The position numbers and the translations under genes were made by a program. Under the pieces are notes generated by a model, which had not been told where the DNA came from, made no database searches, and worked only from the letters and a program-made list of their open reading frames with translations. DNA of 64,000 nt from Candidatus Multivoradales bacterium (lineage in GTDB: Bacteria; Acidobacteriota; Thermoanaerobaculia; Multivoradales; JAHEKO01): NCBI GenBank assembly GCA_965248055.1, contig CBDFIJ010000004.1:1248001-1312000 (forward strand), read 5' to 3'. Of the stretch, positions 1 through 9,403 are shown piece after piece; the first letter of the stretch is position 1; each line of letters begins with the position of its first letter.

Positions 1-173
1 ACGCGCCCTTGGGGATTACGCTCTTGGCCGCCCCAATCGTACAGATCTTGCTTTTCCATACCATGCTGGCTCCAGATCCGATGATGACCAGTTTGGCGGT
101 CGTGCTCACCGTTGGTGCCATTCTGATCGCGCGCGGTCATAAGGATCGGTTCGCCGGCGTTCTGGCCCGGTAG
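1..173 (+). CDS. DoxX-like membrane protein, 3' part (truncated by window edge)
   Basis: Frame from nt 3 reads APLGITLLAAPIVQILLFHTMLAPD...FAGVLAR*, resembling DoxX-family C-termini. Confidence 0.55.
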   Translation, partial: APLGITLLAAPIVQILLFHTMLAPDPMMTSLAVVLTVGAILIARGHKDRFAGVLAR

Positions 174-266
174 TTCGGTAAGGCCTGCTCTGTCCTGATT
201 TGCAGTACCCAGCATCCACGCTTGGTTGCTGGGTACTGCTATGCCCTGACTGCTAAACTGCGGTCA

Positions 267-605
267 ATGAGCGATACAGAGAGCTTCACCCCTGATCGAA
301 ATGCAACGGACGAAGACGAACTAAATTGGACCTCGGTTGCCGAAGTTGGCAAGGAAGCGGAAGCAGCCGTCGTCGCCGGATTTCTCAAGTCGCAAGGGAT
401 ACCAGCGGTGGTTGATTCAGAGAAATTTCATCAAGCTCCGGTCAATTTCGGCGACTTAGCTCAGATCTCGATCATGGTACCTGCCGGTCAAGAGCAGCGA
501 GCTCTGGAGATACTGGCGTCGCAAACGGTCTCCGAAGAGTCCGACGCTACGGACGCTATCGACGAAACGGACGCTGCCAAAACACCCAGCAACCATGATG
601 CCTGA
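267..605 (+). CDS. DUF2007-like (putative signal-transducing) protein
   Basis: EAAVVAGFLKSQGIPAVV motif; ATG 267 preceded by TAAACT-N7. Confidence 0.7.
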   Translation: MSDTESFTPDRNATDEDELNWTSVAEVGKEAEAAVVAGFLKSQGIPAVVDSEKFHQAPVNFGDLAQISIMVPAGQEQRALEILASQTVSEESDATDAIDETDAAKTPSNHDA

Positions 606-1776
606 TCAGCACAACGATCGGCCCACCGATAAACCCATAGCAAGTTCAGACATTCTGGGCCTTGGCGAACGTCAGAGACGGACCATCGCCACTGCCTTGA
701 CCACCCTGGCGGTGGTGGTGATCGTGATCGCACTGGGTGCCCTGCTGTGGCTCGCGGCCGCTTTTCTGCGCAACTTTTCTTCTGTGCTACTGCCGGTGGC
801 GGTGGGTGCGGTCGCTGCGATGGTGTTTCACCCCTACTTTGGCTGGCTACGCGGACTCCGGTTCCCTCGCGTCCTGGCACTTGCGGTGGTCATCCTGTCG
901 ATCGCCATCCCATTGGCGGCTTTTTTTTGGTTTTTTGGTTCCATGGTGGTGGACCAGATCGCGCAATTGGTAGACCAGTTCCCGAAAATGCGCGACCAGG
1001 CGATGCAGGACATCAACGAAAAGTGGCCCAAGGTGGTCGCCTTTTTTCAAACCAACCCGTGGGGAGTTCGCATTCGAACCGCGGTAGAAAGCCAACAGGC
1101 CGCGTTGCTCGACGGCCTGGGCCAGGTCGGTGGCGGTGCGCTAACCGTCGGTGGCCGCATCTGGAACTTCTTCACTTCTGCATTCGGCTGGGCCGTGGCG
1201 CCGATTTACTTTGGTTTCTTTCTGATGGCGCAGCCCGATCGGTTCCTCGAGATCGAAAAATTTCTTCCCTTCTTGAAGTCCGAAACCCGCAATGACGTCG
1301 GCTTTCTGACCCGTGAGTTTGTCGGCGCGATTGTCGCTTTTTTTCGCGGTCAGTTGATCGTCGCTTTTCTCCAAGGGCTGCTGTTCGCCATTGGTTTTTC
1401 CCTGGTTGGCCTACGCTACGGATTCGTACTCGGCTTGGCACTGGGATTTCTCAACATCATTCCCTACCTAGGGTCGATTGTCGGCCTGGGGGTGGCAATT
1501 CCGCTGGCCTTGGTCCAGCCAAACGGCGGTTGGACTTTGGTCGCTTGGGTTTTGGTGGTCTTTACCATCGTCCAAGCGATTGAGGGAAACTTGCTGACTC
1601 CTAAGATCATGGGTGATCGTACTGGGCTTCATCCGGTCGCAATCATCTTCGCGGTGTTTTTCTGGGGCACCGCCCTGGGCGGTATCTTGGGAATGATCCT
1701 GGCGATTCCTTTGACTGCTTTTCTGGTGGTTTTTTGGCGCTTGCTCCGGGAACGCTACATCGCCGAATTGGTCTGA
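595..1776 (+). CDS. AI-2E family transporter
   Basis: Multi-TM protein; IPYLG, QAIEGNLLTPKIMG, GLHP, LAIP motifs. Confidence 0.9.
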   Translation: MMPDQHNDRPTDKPIASSDILGLGERQRRTIATALTTLAVVVIVIALGALLWLAAAFLRNFSSVLLPVAVGAVAAMVFHPYFGWLRGLRFPRVLALAVVILSIAIPLAAFFWFFGSMVVDQIAQLVDQFPKMRDQAMQDINEKWPKVVAFFQTNPWGVRIRTAVESQQAALLDGLGQVGGGALTVGGRIWNFFTSAFGWAVAPIYFGFFLMAQPDRFLEIEKFLPFLKSETRNDVGFLTREFVGAIVAFFRGQLIVAFLQGLLFAIGFSLVGLRYGFVLGLALGFLNIIPYLGSIVGLGVAIPLALVQPNGGWTLVAWVLVVFTIVQAIEGNLLTPKIMGDRTGLHPVAIIFAVFFWGTALGGILGMILAIPLTAFLVVFWRLLRERYIAELV

Positions 1777-1805
1777 GAAGCCGCGACCACACGACAGGAG
1801 CGATC

Positions 1806-2213
1806 ATGGGCGAACGCGCAACAGGAACTTTCGAAGTCAATCTAAACCCCCTGGAGCTGGCTTTCGCCTCCGAGGACCCGCGATTCGGCAGGTTGTTGAT
1901 CACCAAACAGTTCTTTGGCGATCTGGAGGCAACAAGTTCGGGCGAAATGTTGAGCCTGCGCAGCGCAGTCGAGGGGTCGGCGGGTTACGTCGCGATCGAA
2001 TTCGTCACCGGTCGTCTCGGAGGCCACGAAGGGAGCTTCGTTCTGCAGCACTCCAGCACCATGGATCGAGGAACCCCCAAGCAAAAGATTCAGGTGATCC
2101 CTGACTCGGGAACTAAGCAACTGCAAGGCCTGACCGGCGAGTTGGCGATTGACATCGTCGACGGTCAGCACCACTACACGTTCGACTACGCATTGGCGGA
2201 TTCGGATCACTGA
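1806..2213 (+). CDS. DUF3224 family protein
   Basis: GSAGYVAIE..GSFVLQH..DSGT motifs; AGGAG RBS before ATG 1806. Confidence 0.85.
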   Translation: MGERATGTFEVNLNPLELAFASEDPRFGRLLITKQFFGDLEATSSGEMLSLRSAVEGSAGYVAIEFVTGRLGGHEGSFVLQHSSTMDRGTPKQKIQVIPDSGTKQLQGLTGELAIDIVDGQHHYTFDYALADSDH

Positions 2214-2248
2214 CCACCAACGACTAGTCCAACCAAGAGGGACCCACT

Positions 2249-2692
2249 ATGTCCGATCAAAAGACCGCACAATCCTTTACCAATCACGCCAGGTTCGTCA
2301 CCGGATATCACTTCGTACTGGCCGGAGTGTCCCTGATAACCCTAGGTGCAGCGATCTACTATTTGGTGACCCGCTGGGGGTCGGAGAATGCGTTGCTGTC
2401 CTGGATCTTGCTGGGGTTGACGTTAGCCCTAGCGATCAACGTCTACTACACCCGAACCTTCGCTCTCAAAGCACAAGACCGGGCAATTCGAGCCGAACAA
2501 CACCTGCGTCATTTCGCGCTCACCGGCCGCCTACCAGACGGCAAACTGACCACCCGCCAGGCGATTGGGCTGCGCTTCGCCGATGATCAGGAATTCGTCG
2601 AATTGGTCAACCGTGCGATCGAGGAAGGGCTGTCTGAGAAGGCGATCAAGAAGTCGATCAAGGTTTGGCGCTCGGACGTCTACCGCGTCTGA
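2249..2692 (+). CDS. DUF6526-like membrane protein
   Basis: QSFTNHARF, ALKAQDRAIRAE, LRFADD, IKKSIKVWRSDVYRV. Confidence 0.75.
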   Translation: MSDQKTAQSFTNHARFVTGYHFVLAGVSLITLGAAIYYLVTRWGSENALLSWILLGLTLALAINVYYTRTFALKAQDRAIRAEQHLRHFALTGRLPDGKLTTRQAIGLRFADDQEFVELVNRAIEEGLSEKAIKKSIKVWRSDVYRV

Positions 2693-3810
2693 TGAAGTCG
2701 GATTCCCGATCGAGCCTGGGGCAAAAGGCCCTGCCCAGTCGGTATTTCGTCGACCGACAAGTTTTCGCGCGGGAAATTAAGCTACTGAGAAAAAGCTGGA
2801 GTGCGATTGCTCTGGTTGACGATCTGCGTTCTGCCGTTTCAGTGCAGCCAATACAAGTCTTGGGATCCAGTCTGATTGCGGTGCATAGTGAAGACGGCGG
2901 GTTCTCAGTATTTCACAACCTGTGTCGACATCGGGGCACCGAACTCTGCGATCAATCGAGCACTGGCGCGACGCGATTGGTCTGTCCTTATCATGGTTGG
3001 TCCTACGGCTTGGACGGGACCCTGATTTCGGCGCCGCAGATGGTCGAAGGGGATGGTTTTTCGACCGCCGATCACGGTTTGATCGAAGTTGAATCGGCCG
3101 TTTGGCAAGGCATCCTGTTTGTCCGCCTAGACAACACCATTGCAGAAGCCACTTTGGAGGACAGCTTGGCAGACAGTTTGGCGGCGCTGGGCCCCCAGGT
3201 TGCGCCCTGGCGTCCTGACTCCTTGGAGGTCGTCAACCGGACCCAGTATCAGGTCGCGGCCAACTGGAAGATCCTGTTTCAAAACTATTCCGAGTGCTAC
3301 CACTGCCCGATCCTGCACCCAGCGCTCAACCGACTAACACCCTTTCGCGATACCGATAACGTCTTTGACGAGGGGCCAATCTTGGGCGGCCCGATGCGGC
3401 TCTCCAACCAGGAAGGCAGCATGACCACGACCGGAGACCGCTGTGGCCCGGTGCTTCCGGGTTTAAGCGCAGAGCACCAAGGGTTGGTGCATTACTTCAC
3501 CGTCTTTCCCAATCTGTTCTTGAGTCTGCACCCGGACTACGTCCTGGTTCACCTGTTGCGACCCACGGCGGTAGATCAAACCACGGTCGATTGCCATTGG
3601 CTGGCACCGCCGGGCGCCAACCCACAAGACTTTGCTCCAGCGGTTGAGTTTTGGGATACCACCAACCAACAGGACTGGTGGGTTTGCAGCCAGATGCAGA
3701 AGGGTGTGTCGTCCGCGGACTACCTCCCTGGCCCCTACTCCAACCTGGAGAGTTTGTTAGCGGCTTTCGATCGAGATTATCTGAAGCGCATGGAGGCTAG
3801 TGGAGACTGA
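2692..3810 (+). CDS. Rieske ring-hydroxylating oxygenase alpha subunit (GbcA/choline monooxygenase-like)
   Basis: CRH...CPYH Rieske motif, NWK..NYSECYHC..H mononuclear Fe site; TGATG coupling to upstream gene. Confidence 0.9.
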   Translation: MKSDSRSSLGQKALPSRYFVDRQVFAREIKLLRKSWSAIALVDDLRSAVSVQPIQVLGSSLIAVHSEDGGFSVFHNLCRHRGTELCDQSSTGATRLVCPYHGWSYGLDGTLISAPQMVEGDGFSTADHGLIEVESAVWQGILFVRLDNTIAEATLEDSLADSLAALGPQVAPWRPDSLEVVNRTQYQVAANWKILFQNYSECYHCPILHPALNRLTPFRDTDNVFDEGPILGGPMRLSNQEGSMTTTGDRCGPVLPGLSAEHQGLVHYFTVFPNLFLSLHPDYVLVHLLRPTAVDQTTVDCHWLAPPGANPQDFAPAVEFWDTTNQQDWWVCSQMQKGVSSADYLPGPYSNLESLLAAFDRDYLKRMEASGD

Positions 3811-3822
3811 CGCTGGCCTCGC
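3689..3822 (+). repeat. Direct repeat copy 1 (Rieske/DsbA 3'-end junction)
   Basis: 3725-3811 identical (87 bp) to 6443-6529; flanks similar with mismatches. Confidence 0.95.
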
Positions 3823-3983
3823 CTCTCCTCAAAGTGCCTCCCTCTTTTTTCCCCTCTCTTCAAAGATCTCTCCACCTCAAGAAGATGGTGTCACCCGCCT
3901 TAGTCAGCGTCGGCAGCGCCCAAATCGTGGTTAAGTCACAATTGGAAGCCTGCGAACAGTCGCGACGTGCCGTTCGGCACCTT

Positions 3984-5639
3984 CTAACCCTCGTCCCCGA
4001 GCAGTGCCAGTCTCGTAGATGTCACACCTGCGGTATCGTTCAAGGAGTCGTAGAAGGCACCGTTGATCAGGTATTCACCCGGTGGCAATTCGACCTGTGC
4101 TGTCGCTTGCAGTCGCGCCTCCGGCCCGACATCGACTCCCGCCTGTATGTGAAATTCGGATGAGTTTAGCTGCAGGAATTCGACCAGCTCGCCTTCCAGA
4201 TTGTGGACAGAGATGTATGGCTCCAGACGGGCTATTTGTTCCCCATCCTCCTCCACCATGCCGATCTGTCCGGCTGGCACCGCTATGGTTACAGTCACAC
4301 TAACTGTCTCTCCCATCTCTCCTGTCTCGGTCCTAAGATATACCGGAAAGGAGCCGTACGAACCGGGAAGCATCGAAAGGCGCTGGAGTTGATTCATCAG
4401 CAGCTGCTTCTTGGAGAGATCGAGATAAGTTAGCGGATAGCGCAGGATAGCTAGCGGGTAACCCTGTTTGATCTTGACCTTGATGTCATGTTCCTTGCCG
4501 TCTCGCCCGTGCGGGACTAGGACCGCGATTTCATAGACGGTGTCCTTGAATGCTCGGTGAAAGATCCAAGACGGGTCATTGAGGCCCACCTTTTGCCCGC
4601 CTGTGTGGTTGGCGAGGGACTTTGCCATGGTTCCCAGTGAAAACGTGGACTCGAATTGCCGCGGCGAAACGGAGTTCATGTTCGACTCAGTGACCTCATC
4701 ATTGCTGAACAACTCGAGTCCAGCGAGGCTAGATGCGTGAAAGATGACTCCCGCCGATGTCGCAATTGCGCCTAGGTCTGACAGCGACCGAACCGCCTTG
4801 AACACGTCGCCCTTGCTGCACCCTTCTTCTTGTTTGAAGTAGACGGAAGAATGCATCCAGACCACGCTCTTGCGACCCGGAATTGGGGCCAAGCTCTCAA
4901 CCAAACGCCCCAGTGAGTCAATCTGGCTCATGATCCACCCCAGCTTGCCGGAGCAGCCCTGCCGCTTCAGCATGCGTTGACGGAGATCCTCGTCGCCCCC
5001 CGACGCTTGCCCCCCCTTGGCGTCCTGAACCCAGGATGCGTTTGCCGGAGACTCGATAAATCGCCAGATTCTCCCCTGAATCTTCCGCCTCTGGAGATCT
5101 CTCAGCTTCGCCTTCAGTTCGACTGGATCACTAGTGGGACCTCCGAGGAATCCAACCGTTCGATCAACAAAACCGACCATCCAAGTTCGCTCACCGACCT
5201 CTTGAGGGTGATCACTAACCCACGCCAGCAGCTTACCCATCGCGGCGACAAACCGTGGACGGATTGTCTGAAAATCCGTCAGGATGACGACCAACTCCGG
5301 CTCAGATTGCACCGTTGCTGCAGGCTCGGACAACGCCAGCGCGATCTGTCCCGGTGTGACCCCTGAACGCTCGGCCAAAGGCACGAATGGGTCGCCGTCT
5401 TGTACCAGTCTGAAATCAACCATCTCGACCGAGGCACCGTCTTCTGTAACGACGAAGTCTTCTACGGTCAAACCATCGACTGGCAGTCCCAGGCCGTTAT
5501 CGACTCGCACGGACAGTTTCACTTCATGGACTTCTATCGATTCCTGGAACACAGGAACTTCGCTATCCTGCCCGAGTCCAGCTGGGGGACCGGCTAGTGC
5601 AACAACGGTTACACTCCAGATTCCTAGCCGCCTAAACAC
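3984..5639 (-). CDS. VWA-domain (VWFA-related) secreted protein; start uncertain
   Basis: Signal-like N-terminus, PVDGLTVEDFVVTEDG, PGRKSVVW, LANHTGG, DGKEHDIKVKI typical of acidobacterial VWFA-related proteins. Confidence 0.8.
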   Translation of the reverse strand: MFRRLGIWSVTVVALAGPPAGLGQDSEVPVFQESIEVHEVKLSVRVDNGLGLPVDGLTVEDFVVTEDGASVEMVDFRLVQDGDPFVPLAERSGVTPGQIALALSEPAATVQSEPELVVILTDFQTIRPRFVAAMGKLLAWVSDHPQEVGERTWMVGFVDRTVGFLGGPTSDPVELKAKLRDLQRRKIQGRIWRFIESPANASWVQDAKGGQASGGDEDLRQRMLKRQGCSGKLGWIMSQIDSLGRLVESLAPIPGRKSVVWMHSSVYFKQEEGCSKGDVFKAVRSLSDLGAIATSAGVIFHASSLAGLELFSNDEVTESNMNSVSPRQFESTFSLGTMAKSLANHTGGQKVGLNDPSWIFHRAFKDTVYEIAVLVPHGRDGKEHDIKVKIKQGYPLAILRYPLTYLDLSKKQLLMNQLQRLSMLPGSYGSFPVYLRTETGEMGETVSVTVTIAVPAGQIGMVEEDGEQIARLEPYISVHNLEGELVEFLQLNSSEFHIQAGVDVGPEARLQATAQVELPPGEYLINGAFYDSLNDTAGVTSTRLALLGDEG

Positions 5640-5680
5640 AAGGGCAGATCGTGTCTGACCTGTCTTGAGCTTGCGGACTG

Positions 5681-6013
5681 CTAGCCTTGGCAATAAACAC
5701 CACCCGATAATGCGACGCAGTTGCCCCACAGATCAGGATGCGTGCAGCTGACGAAAGTATTGTTGACTCTGCATGTCACGCCGAAGTTGCCAGACGAGCA
5801 TGTCTCACCATACTTGACACTCGTCGCGCCGCTTTGCGAACCGTCGATGATTCGCTGACCATTGCAACCGCGAAAGTACCAACCGATCTCATCCCCGCTG
5901 GCATCATAGTAGTGAATCTCCACTTCGTTCGGAGGAAGAGCTACTGCGGGTCGGGCGGCCCACAGCGCCACCACTGCAGCGACTGCAACTGCTAGCAACA
6001 TGATTTGCTTCAT
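5681..6013 (-). CDS. Small secreted Cys-rich protein (DUF6289-like)
   Basis: GGAG RBS, signal peptide MKQIMLLAVAVAAVVALWAARPAVA, YYD.SG.EIG...GCNG motif, six Cys. Confidence 0.7.
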   Translation of the reverse strand: MKQIMLLAVAVAAVVALWAARPAVALPPNEVEIHYYDASGDEIGWYFRGCNGQRIIDGSQSGATSVKYGETCSSGNFGVTCRVNNTFVSCTHPDLWGNCVALSGGVYCQG

Positions 6014-6406
6014 AGTATCTCTCCAATTCCCGATTTTTGACCGATTCGTGGCCTGTTCAAGGCCGCTGAATTCAAGCACCCAGTCCGTTCGGCGTTCACC
6101 TTCAAGCGACCCTCCAGAACCAATCCTCGGTTCGGATTGTCAATCAAAAGACCCCCAAGAATCTGAGACTCATGTTCCACCAACGAATGTTTCATACATG
6201 AAAAACCACAAGAAAACTGTGACGCCAGTCACAGACAGGCTCTCACTCTCTCTCTGCCGCATCGAAGAAGCTGCGGCTCGTTGACAACTCCCAACGATCT
6301 GTTTTTGATCTATCTTCAAGCTTGCGGCCATCGCAGGCGCAAAAATCTCGGCGCTAGCCAGCAATCGAGCGACATACTCGACCGGTGCTAGACCTCCGAG
6401 CGAAGT

Positions 6407-6540
6407 GCCAGATGCAAAAGGACGTGTCGTCAGCCGACTACGTCCCTGGCCCCTACTCCAACCTGGAGAGTTTGTTAGCGGCTTTCGATCGAGATTATCT
6501 GAAGCGCATGGAGGCTAGTGGAGACTGACCCTGGCTTCGC
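6407..6540 (+). repeat. Direct repeat copy 2 (Rieske/DsbA 3'-end junction)
   Basis: 6443-6529 identical to 3725-3811. Confidence 0.95.
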
Positions 6541-7198
6541 TATCGGCCGATGCAAGCCGATCATCGGCGGCCCGCCTCATGGCCGTCAACAGGTCTTCAG
6601 CTGGCTGGGCTCCGGAGACGGCGTACCGGTGGTCGAGCACGAAAAACGGCACTCCTCTGATGTCGAGCCGGGCAGCCAGAGCCTGGTCTTCGCGCACCTT
6701 CTTGGCGTGGGCGCCACTCTCTAGAACCGCTGCGGCGGCCTCGGGGTCGAGGCCCACATCCTTAGCGAGTCCGGTCAGAATATCGTGCTCCGAGATAGCA
6801 AGTCCCTGGTACAGGTAGGCTGCGAACAGTCGCTCTTTGAGGTCTGTCTGGTGCCCGAACTGCGCGGCCCAGGCCAGCAGGCGGTGAGCGGCGAACGTTT
6901 TGGTCGGGCGCACACGGTCAAACCGTAGCTCGAGCCCGAGAGAGCGGCCTACTGCAACCATCCGGTCGATCATCGCCTGGGCTTCGTCGGGAGTAATTCG
7001 ATACTTCGTGGCCAGTCGTTGGGCGTAGTCGACGCGGTCCGGTGCTTCTGTCAGAGCGTCCTGATCGAGTTCAAACGCCCGCCAGGTGAGAGTCACTTCA
7101 CCCTCGAAAGCATCGATAGCGGCCTCAAGGCGCCGCTTGCCAATCCAGCACCAAGGGCAGGCGATATCGGACCAGATGTCGATCTCGAGTGTCGTCAC
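6515..7198 (-). CDS. DsbA family oxidoreductase (FrnE-like)
   Basis: WSDIACPWCWIGKRR, GVPFF, SGAQP motifs. Confidence 0.92.
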   Translation of the reverse strand: MTTLEIDIWSDIACPWCWIGKRRLEAAIDAFEGEVTLTWRAFELDQDALTEAPDRVDYAQRLATKYRITPDEAQAMIDRMVAVGRSLGLELRFDRVRPTKTFAAHRLLAWAAQFGHQTDLKERLFAAYLYQGLAISEHDILTGLAKDVGLDPEAAAAVLESGAHAKKVREDQALAARLDIRGVPFFVLDHRYAVSGAQPAEDLLTAMRRAADDRLASADSEARVSLH

Positions 7199-7324
7199 GA
7201 GGCAAGCCTACCGTGACGAGTGTGAGAAGCAGAGTGCAGCCTCAGCCCCAACGGGTGGCCGGAACCTCAAGCCCTCGGCCAGAGCCCTCTGGCACATTTA
7301 TCTCACCTTTACCTGGGCTGACCC

Positions 7325-9100
7325 TCACAACGGCCAGACGAGCAGGATCATCGGGATCCCGACGAACAGCACCAGAATCTCGAGCGGCAGGCCCATCCTC
7401 CAATAATCGCCGAATCGGTAACCCCCAGGGCCGAGGATGATGGTGTTGTTCTTGTGCCCGATCGGGGTCAGGAAAGCGCAAGAGGCCGCGACCGCGACGG
7501 CCATCAAGAAGGTGTCGGGGTTGGCGTTGAGGCGTTGGGCGATCTCGACCCCGATTGGCGCTGCAATGAGGGCCGTGGCAACGTTGTTGAGAACGTCGGA
7601 GAGAGTCATGGTGATGACCATCAGTAGCGCCACAACCGCTACCGTCGGCAGGCCTTCGGTCCAAGCCACCAGGTGATTGGCGATCAGTCCGGTGCCACCG
7701 CTCTCCTCGAGGGCGACGCTCAGCGGGATCATCGAGCCCAGAAGAACGATCACCGACCATTCGACCGATTCGTAGATCTCGCTCAACGGCACGATATTGA
7801 GAACAACGTAGAGGGCGACGACCGCCGCCAGCGCAACCGGCAGGTAGACCCAGCCCAAGCTAGCCACCACGATGGCGGCGACGAACGCACCGACGGCGAC
7901 CCCGGCCTTCTGACGCTGCGACACTTCGAGACCCCGCTCAGCCAGGGGCAGACAGCCCAACCAGTGGGCAACGTCCGGCATATGCCCCTTGGGCCCCAGC
8001 AGCAACAGGATGTCACCAGATCGAATTGGGGCTTTGCGCACCCTTTCGCGAATACGACGGCCGCTTCGTGAGATCCCGAGCAGCGTCACACCCCGGCGAG
8101 CGAGCAGCCGCGCTTCCATTGCCGAGCGTCCGGCGATTCTTGCCCCGGCCGGTACAACAACCTCGACCATATCCAGTGAATCCGAGGCCACGCTGTCTTT
8201 CTTCCGCGATGCCGAGAGCTTGAGATCCGCAGAGCCCGCCAGCTCGTGAATTGCATCGGGAGCGCCGCCGAGAACAACAAAGTCACTCTTGCGCAGTTCT
8301 TCATCCAGTGCCAGGCCAGGCAGGCGTCTGCCGCGCCGCACGAGACCGAGAAGGTCGACCTCGTTCTCTTCGCTCAGCTCGAGCAAGTCTCGGAACCGCT
8401 TTCCGAGAAACGGTGACGACTCGTTGACTCCTACTTCTGCGACATACTCCTGGAGTTCCTCGAGCTCCCGTACCGCGTCGTGCCGGCTCCGATCCCTGGG
8501 GACCAACCGCCATCCAACCAGCGCCACGTAGATGACACCAACGACGGCCACCGCCGCTCCCACTGGGGCGAAGTCAAACATCCCGTACGGCTTCCCCAGG
8601 GCGTCCTCACGAAAGGTCGCGATCACGATATTCGGTGGCGTTCCGATCAGGGTCACCATGCCCCCCAGAATCGAGGCGAACGAGATCGGCATCAGCGATA
8701 GCGACGGACTGCGCTTCGCCTTGTGGGCCGCCTTGATATCGAGCGGCATCAGCAACGCGAGCGCCGCAACGTTGTTCATTGCAGTCGAGAGTATCGCCGC
8801 TAGGCTTGCCATGATGCCGATGTGTCCCGGAAGGCTTCGGGAAGAATCGAGCACCCTGAGAGCCAGTAAGTCGATCGCCCCCGAGCGCGAGAGCCCGCGG
8901 CTGACGATCAGGACAAGAGCGATGATGACTACCGCCGGATGCCCGAATCCGGAGAAGATCTGATTCTTGGGAACGAGCCCCAAAACGGCGGCGAGAATCA
9001 GGGCCCCGAAGGCCACGACGTCGTACCGAAACTTACCCCAAATCAGTAGGACGAAAACCGCGGAGACGATGGCAAATAGCACGATCTGGTCGAACGTCAC
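7325..9100 (-). CDS. SLC13 family permease with TrkA-C domains
   Basis: MNNVAALA, LIGTPPN, FLTPIGHKNN..GPGGYRFGDY motifs. Confidence 0.92.
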   Translation of the reverse strand: MTFDQIVLFAIVSAVFVLLIWGKFRYDVVAFGALILAAVLGLVPKNQIFSGFGHPAVVIIALVLIVSRGLSRSGAIDLLALRVLDSSRSLPGHIGIMASLAAILSTAMNNVAALALLMPLDIKAAHKAKRSPSLSLMPISFASILGGMVTLIGTPPNIVIATFREDALGKPYGMFDFAPVGAAVAVVGVIYVALVGWRLVPRDRSRHDAVRELEELQEYVAEVGVNESSPFLGKRFRDLLELSEENEVDLLGLVRRGRRLPGLALDEELRKSDFVVLGGAPDAIHELAGSADLKLSASRKKDSVASDSLDMVEVVVPAGARIAGRSAMEARLLARRGVTLLGISRSGRRIRERVRKAPIRSGDILLLLGPKGHMPDVAHWLGCLPLAERGLEVSQRQKAGVAVGAFVAAIVVASLGWVYLPVALAAVVALYVVLNIVPLSEIYESVEWSVIVLLGSMIPLSVALEESGGTGLIANHLVAWTEGLPTVAVVALLMVITMTLSDVLNNVATALIAAPIGVEIAQRLNANPDTFLMAVAVAASCAFLTPIGHKNNTIILGPGGYRFGDYWRMGLPLEILVLFVGIPMILLVWPL

Positions 9101-9249
9101 GTAGACACTTTACCCGGAGTGACAGAAACTCTTCGGCTTCAACTGCTCGAAGGTCTGTTACCCGAGCATTGCCGCCCTTTTCTGCAACAGCACCTCTAGT
9201 CGGCAGGCCATGCCTGAGTACCTCCCGATCTTCACTTCGTTTCGTGAAG

Positions 9250-9288
9250 AAAGAAAAAAGGCCCGGAGCGATCATTCGCCCCGAGCCC
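9250..9288 (-). terminator. Intrinsic terminator of the minus-strand small transcript
   Basis: 13-bp stem GGGCUCGGGGCGA/UCGCUCCGGGCCU (with G-U pairs) followed by U-rich tail. Confidence 0.75.
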
Positions 9289-9358
9289 GGATGGTTCGCG
9301 TTGGTAGCGTTGGGTCACTTCGACAGACCCGCAAGCAGCAAACGCTCTAAAAGGGTGT

Positions 9359-9403
9359 CTAGAAGCCAGCCACCTCCGTCGAACCGTGTTTACTACTAAC
9401 CAC
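9359..9403 (-). CDS. Putative 14-aa micropeptide MVSSKHGSTEVAGF
   Basis: GTG start directly after AAAAAGGAGGTGATCCA; TAG stop at 9359-9361. Confidence 0.5.
   Translation of the reverse strand: MVSSKHGSTEVAGF

Noticed and set aside
3882-3897. AAGATGGTGTCACCCG as a REP-like copy at the edge of the 2.7-kb insertion
   Set aside because: Only 11/16 match to the motif; suggestive position but too weak to call
5700-5715. CCACCCGATAATGCGA, resembling the REP-like motif
   Set aside because: Needs a gap, lacks the palindromic half and lies inside a coding sequence; likely chance
9250-9403. Leader-peptide attenuator for the SLC13 permease
   Set aside because: The peptide has no regulatory codon run and the permease has its own -10 six nt before its GTG; not fully excluded
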